Positions 63,681-64,000 of a stretch of DNA of 64,000 nucleotides are shown here, piece after piece. Source of the stretch: an uncultured Verrucomicrobiae bacterium (lineage in GTDB: Bacteria > Verrucomicrobiota > Verrucomicrobiia > Chthoniobacterales > Terrimicrobiaceae); the NCBI GenBank assembly GCA_963706955.1, contig CAVPOC010000010.1, positions 224,001 through 288,000 on the forward strand. Direction: 5' to 3'. Numbering within the stretch: the first letter of the stretch is position 1; each line of letters starts with the position of its first letter. The position numbers were made by a program, and so were the translations under genes. The notes beneath the pieces were generated by a model. It was given only the letters and a program-made list of their open reading frames with translations, was not told the origin of the DNA and searched no databases.

Positions 63681-63951
63681 CTGGGGAGCGCACGCGTCCC
63701 CGGGTGTAGTGCCCGGCGTCCCCGCCGGGCACAGGTGTCGGATGGCCTAACGGCAGCTGGAGGCGCCCGACATTTTGCTCGTCAAGGTCACGATGGTTAA
63801 TGTCCCATCCTCGTCGCCAAGGTTTGTTCGGCGGAGATGCCGAATAAAACACCCGGGACGGGGCGGGACGCGTGTGGTGTTCAGCGTCTCGCCGAACAGG
63901 TTTTCCAGCGAGACGCTGGAAATTGCACGCGAGGACGCGTGCGCTCCCCAG
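63681..63951. repeat. REP mosaic/REPIN-like palindromic element
   Basis: 19-bp perfect inverted ends ctggggagcgcacgcgtcc / ggacgcgtgcgctccccag with several internal hairpins. Confidence 0.75.
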
Positions 63952-64000
63952 ACCCTGGCGCAAACAGCCTCGGCTGAGAACTACTGCGACCCGCAAAATC

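Overview
Bacterial DNA of moderate to high GC, probably from a soil Verrucomicrobiota (Chthoniobacterales-like); this is inferred from the REP families and the kinase-ATPase-TPR gene, not shown directly. The left half (1-35.5 kb) is mostly metabolic: a frameshifted S8 peptidase, gpmI, an internally deleted ClC channel, PTS IIA, MFS pumps, biuret hydrolase, GH63/GH4/GH3/GH36 glycosidases, a sugar ABC transporter and a complete pqqABCDE operon (pqqA is missed by the ORF track). It also holds an ethylene-receptor-like sensor kinase that lacks its phosphoacceptor His. The right half (~36-56 kb) is a mosaic accessory island. Seven same-orientation ~200-bp elements with GGGGTC(A/G)G...CTGACCCC inverted ends separate unrelated cargo genes. 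The same end motif bounds a truncated REP-associated tyrosine transposase (RAYT) and abuts two IS110 halves. The island also contains an integron attC cassette invaded by a group IIC intron. Cargo includes a poly-gamma-glutamate hydrolase, a tail-fibre-like protein, a pentapeptide/TIR-like protein, an FRG protein and an atypical NRPS A-T + KamA-like radical SAM pair. Several single-base frameshifts may be sequencing errors. No rRNA, tRNA or CRISPR array was seen.
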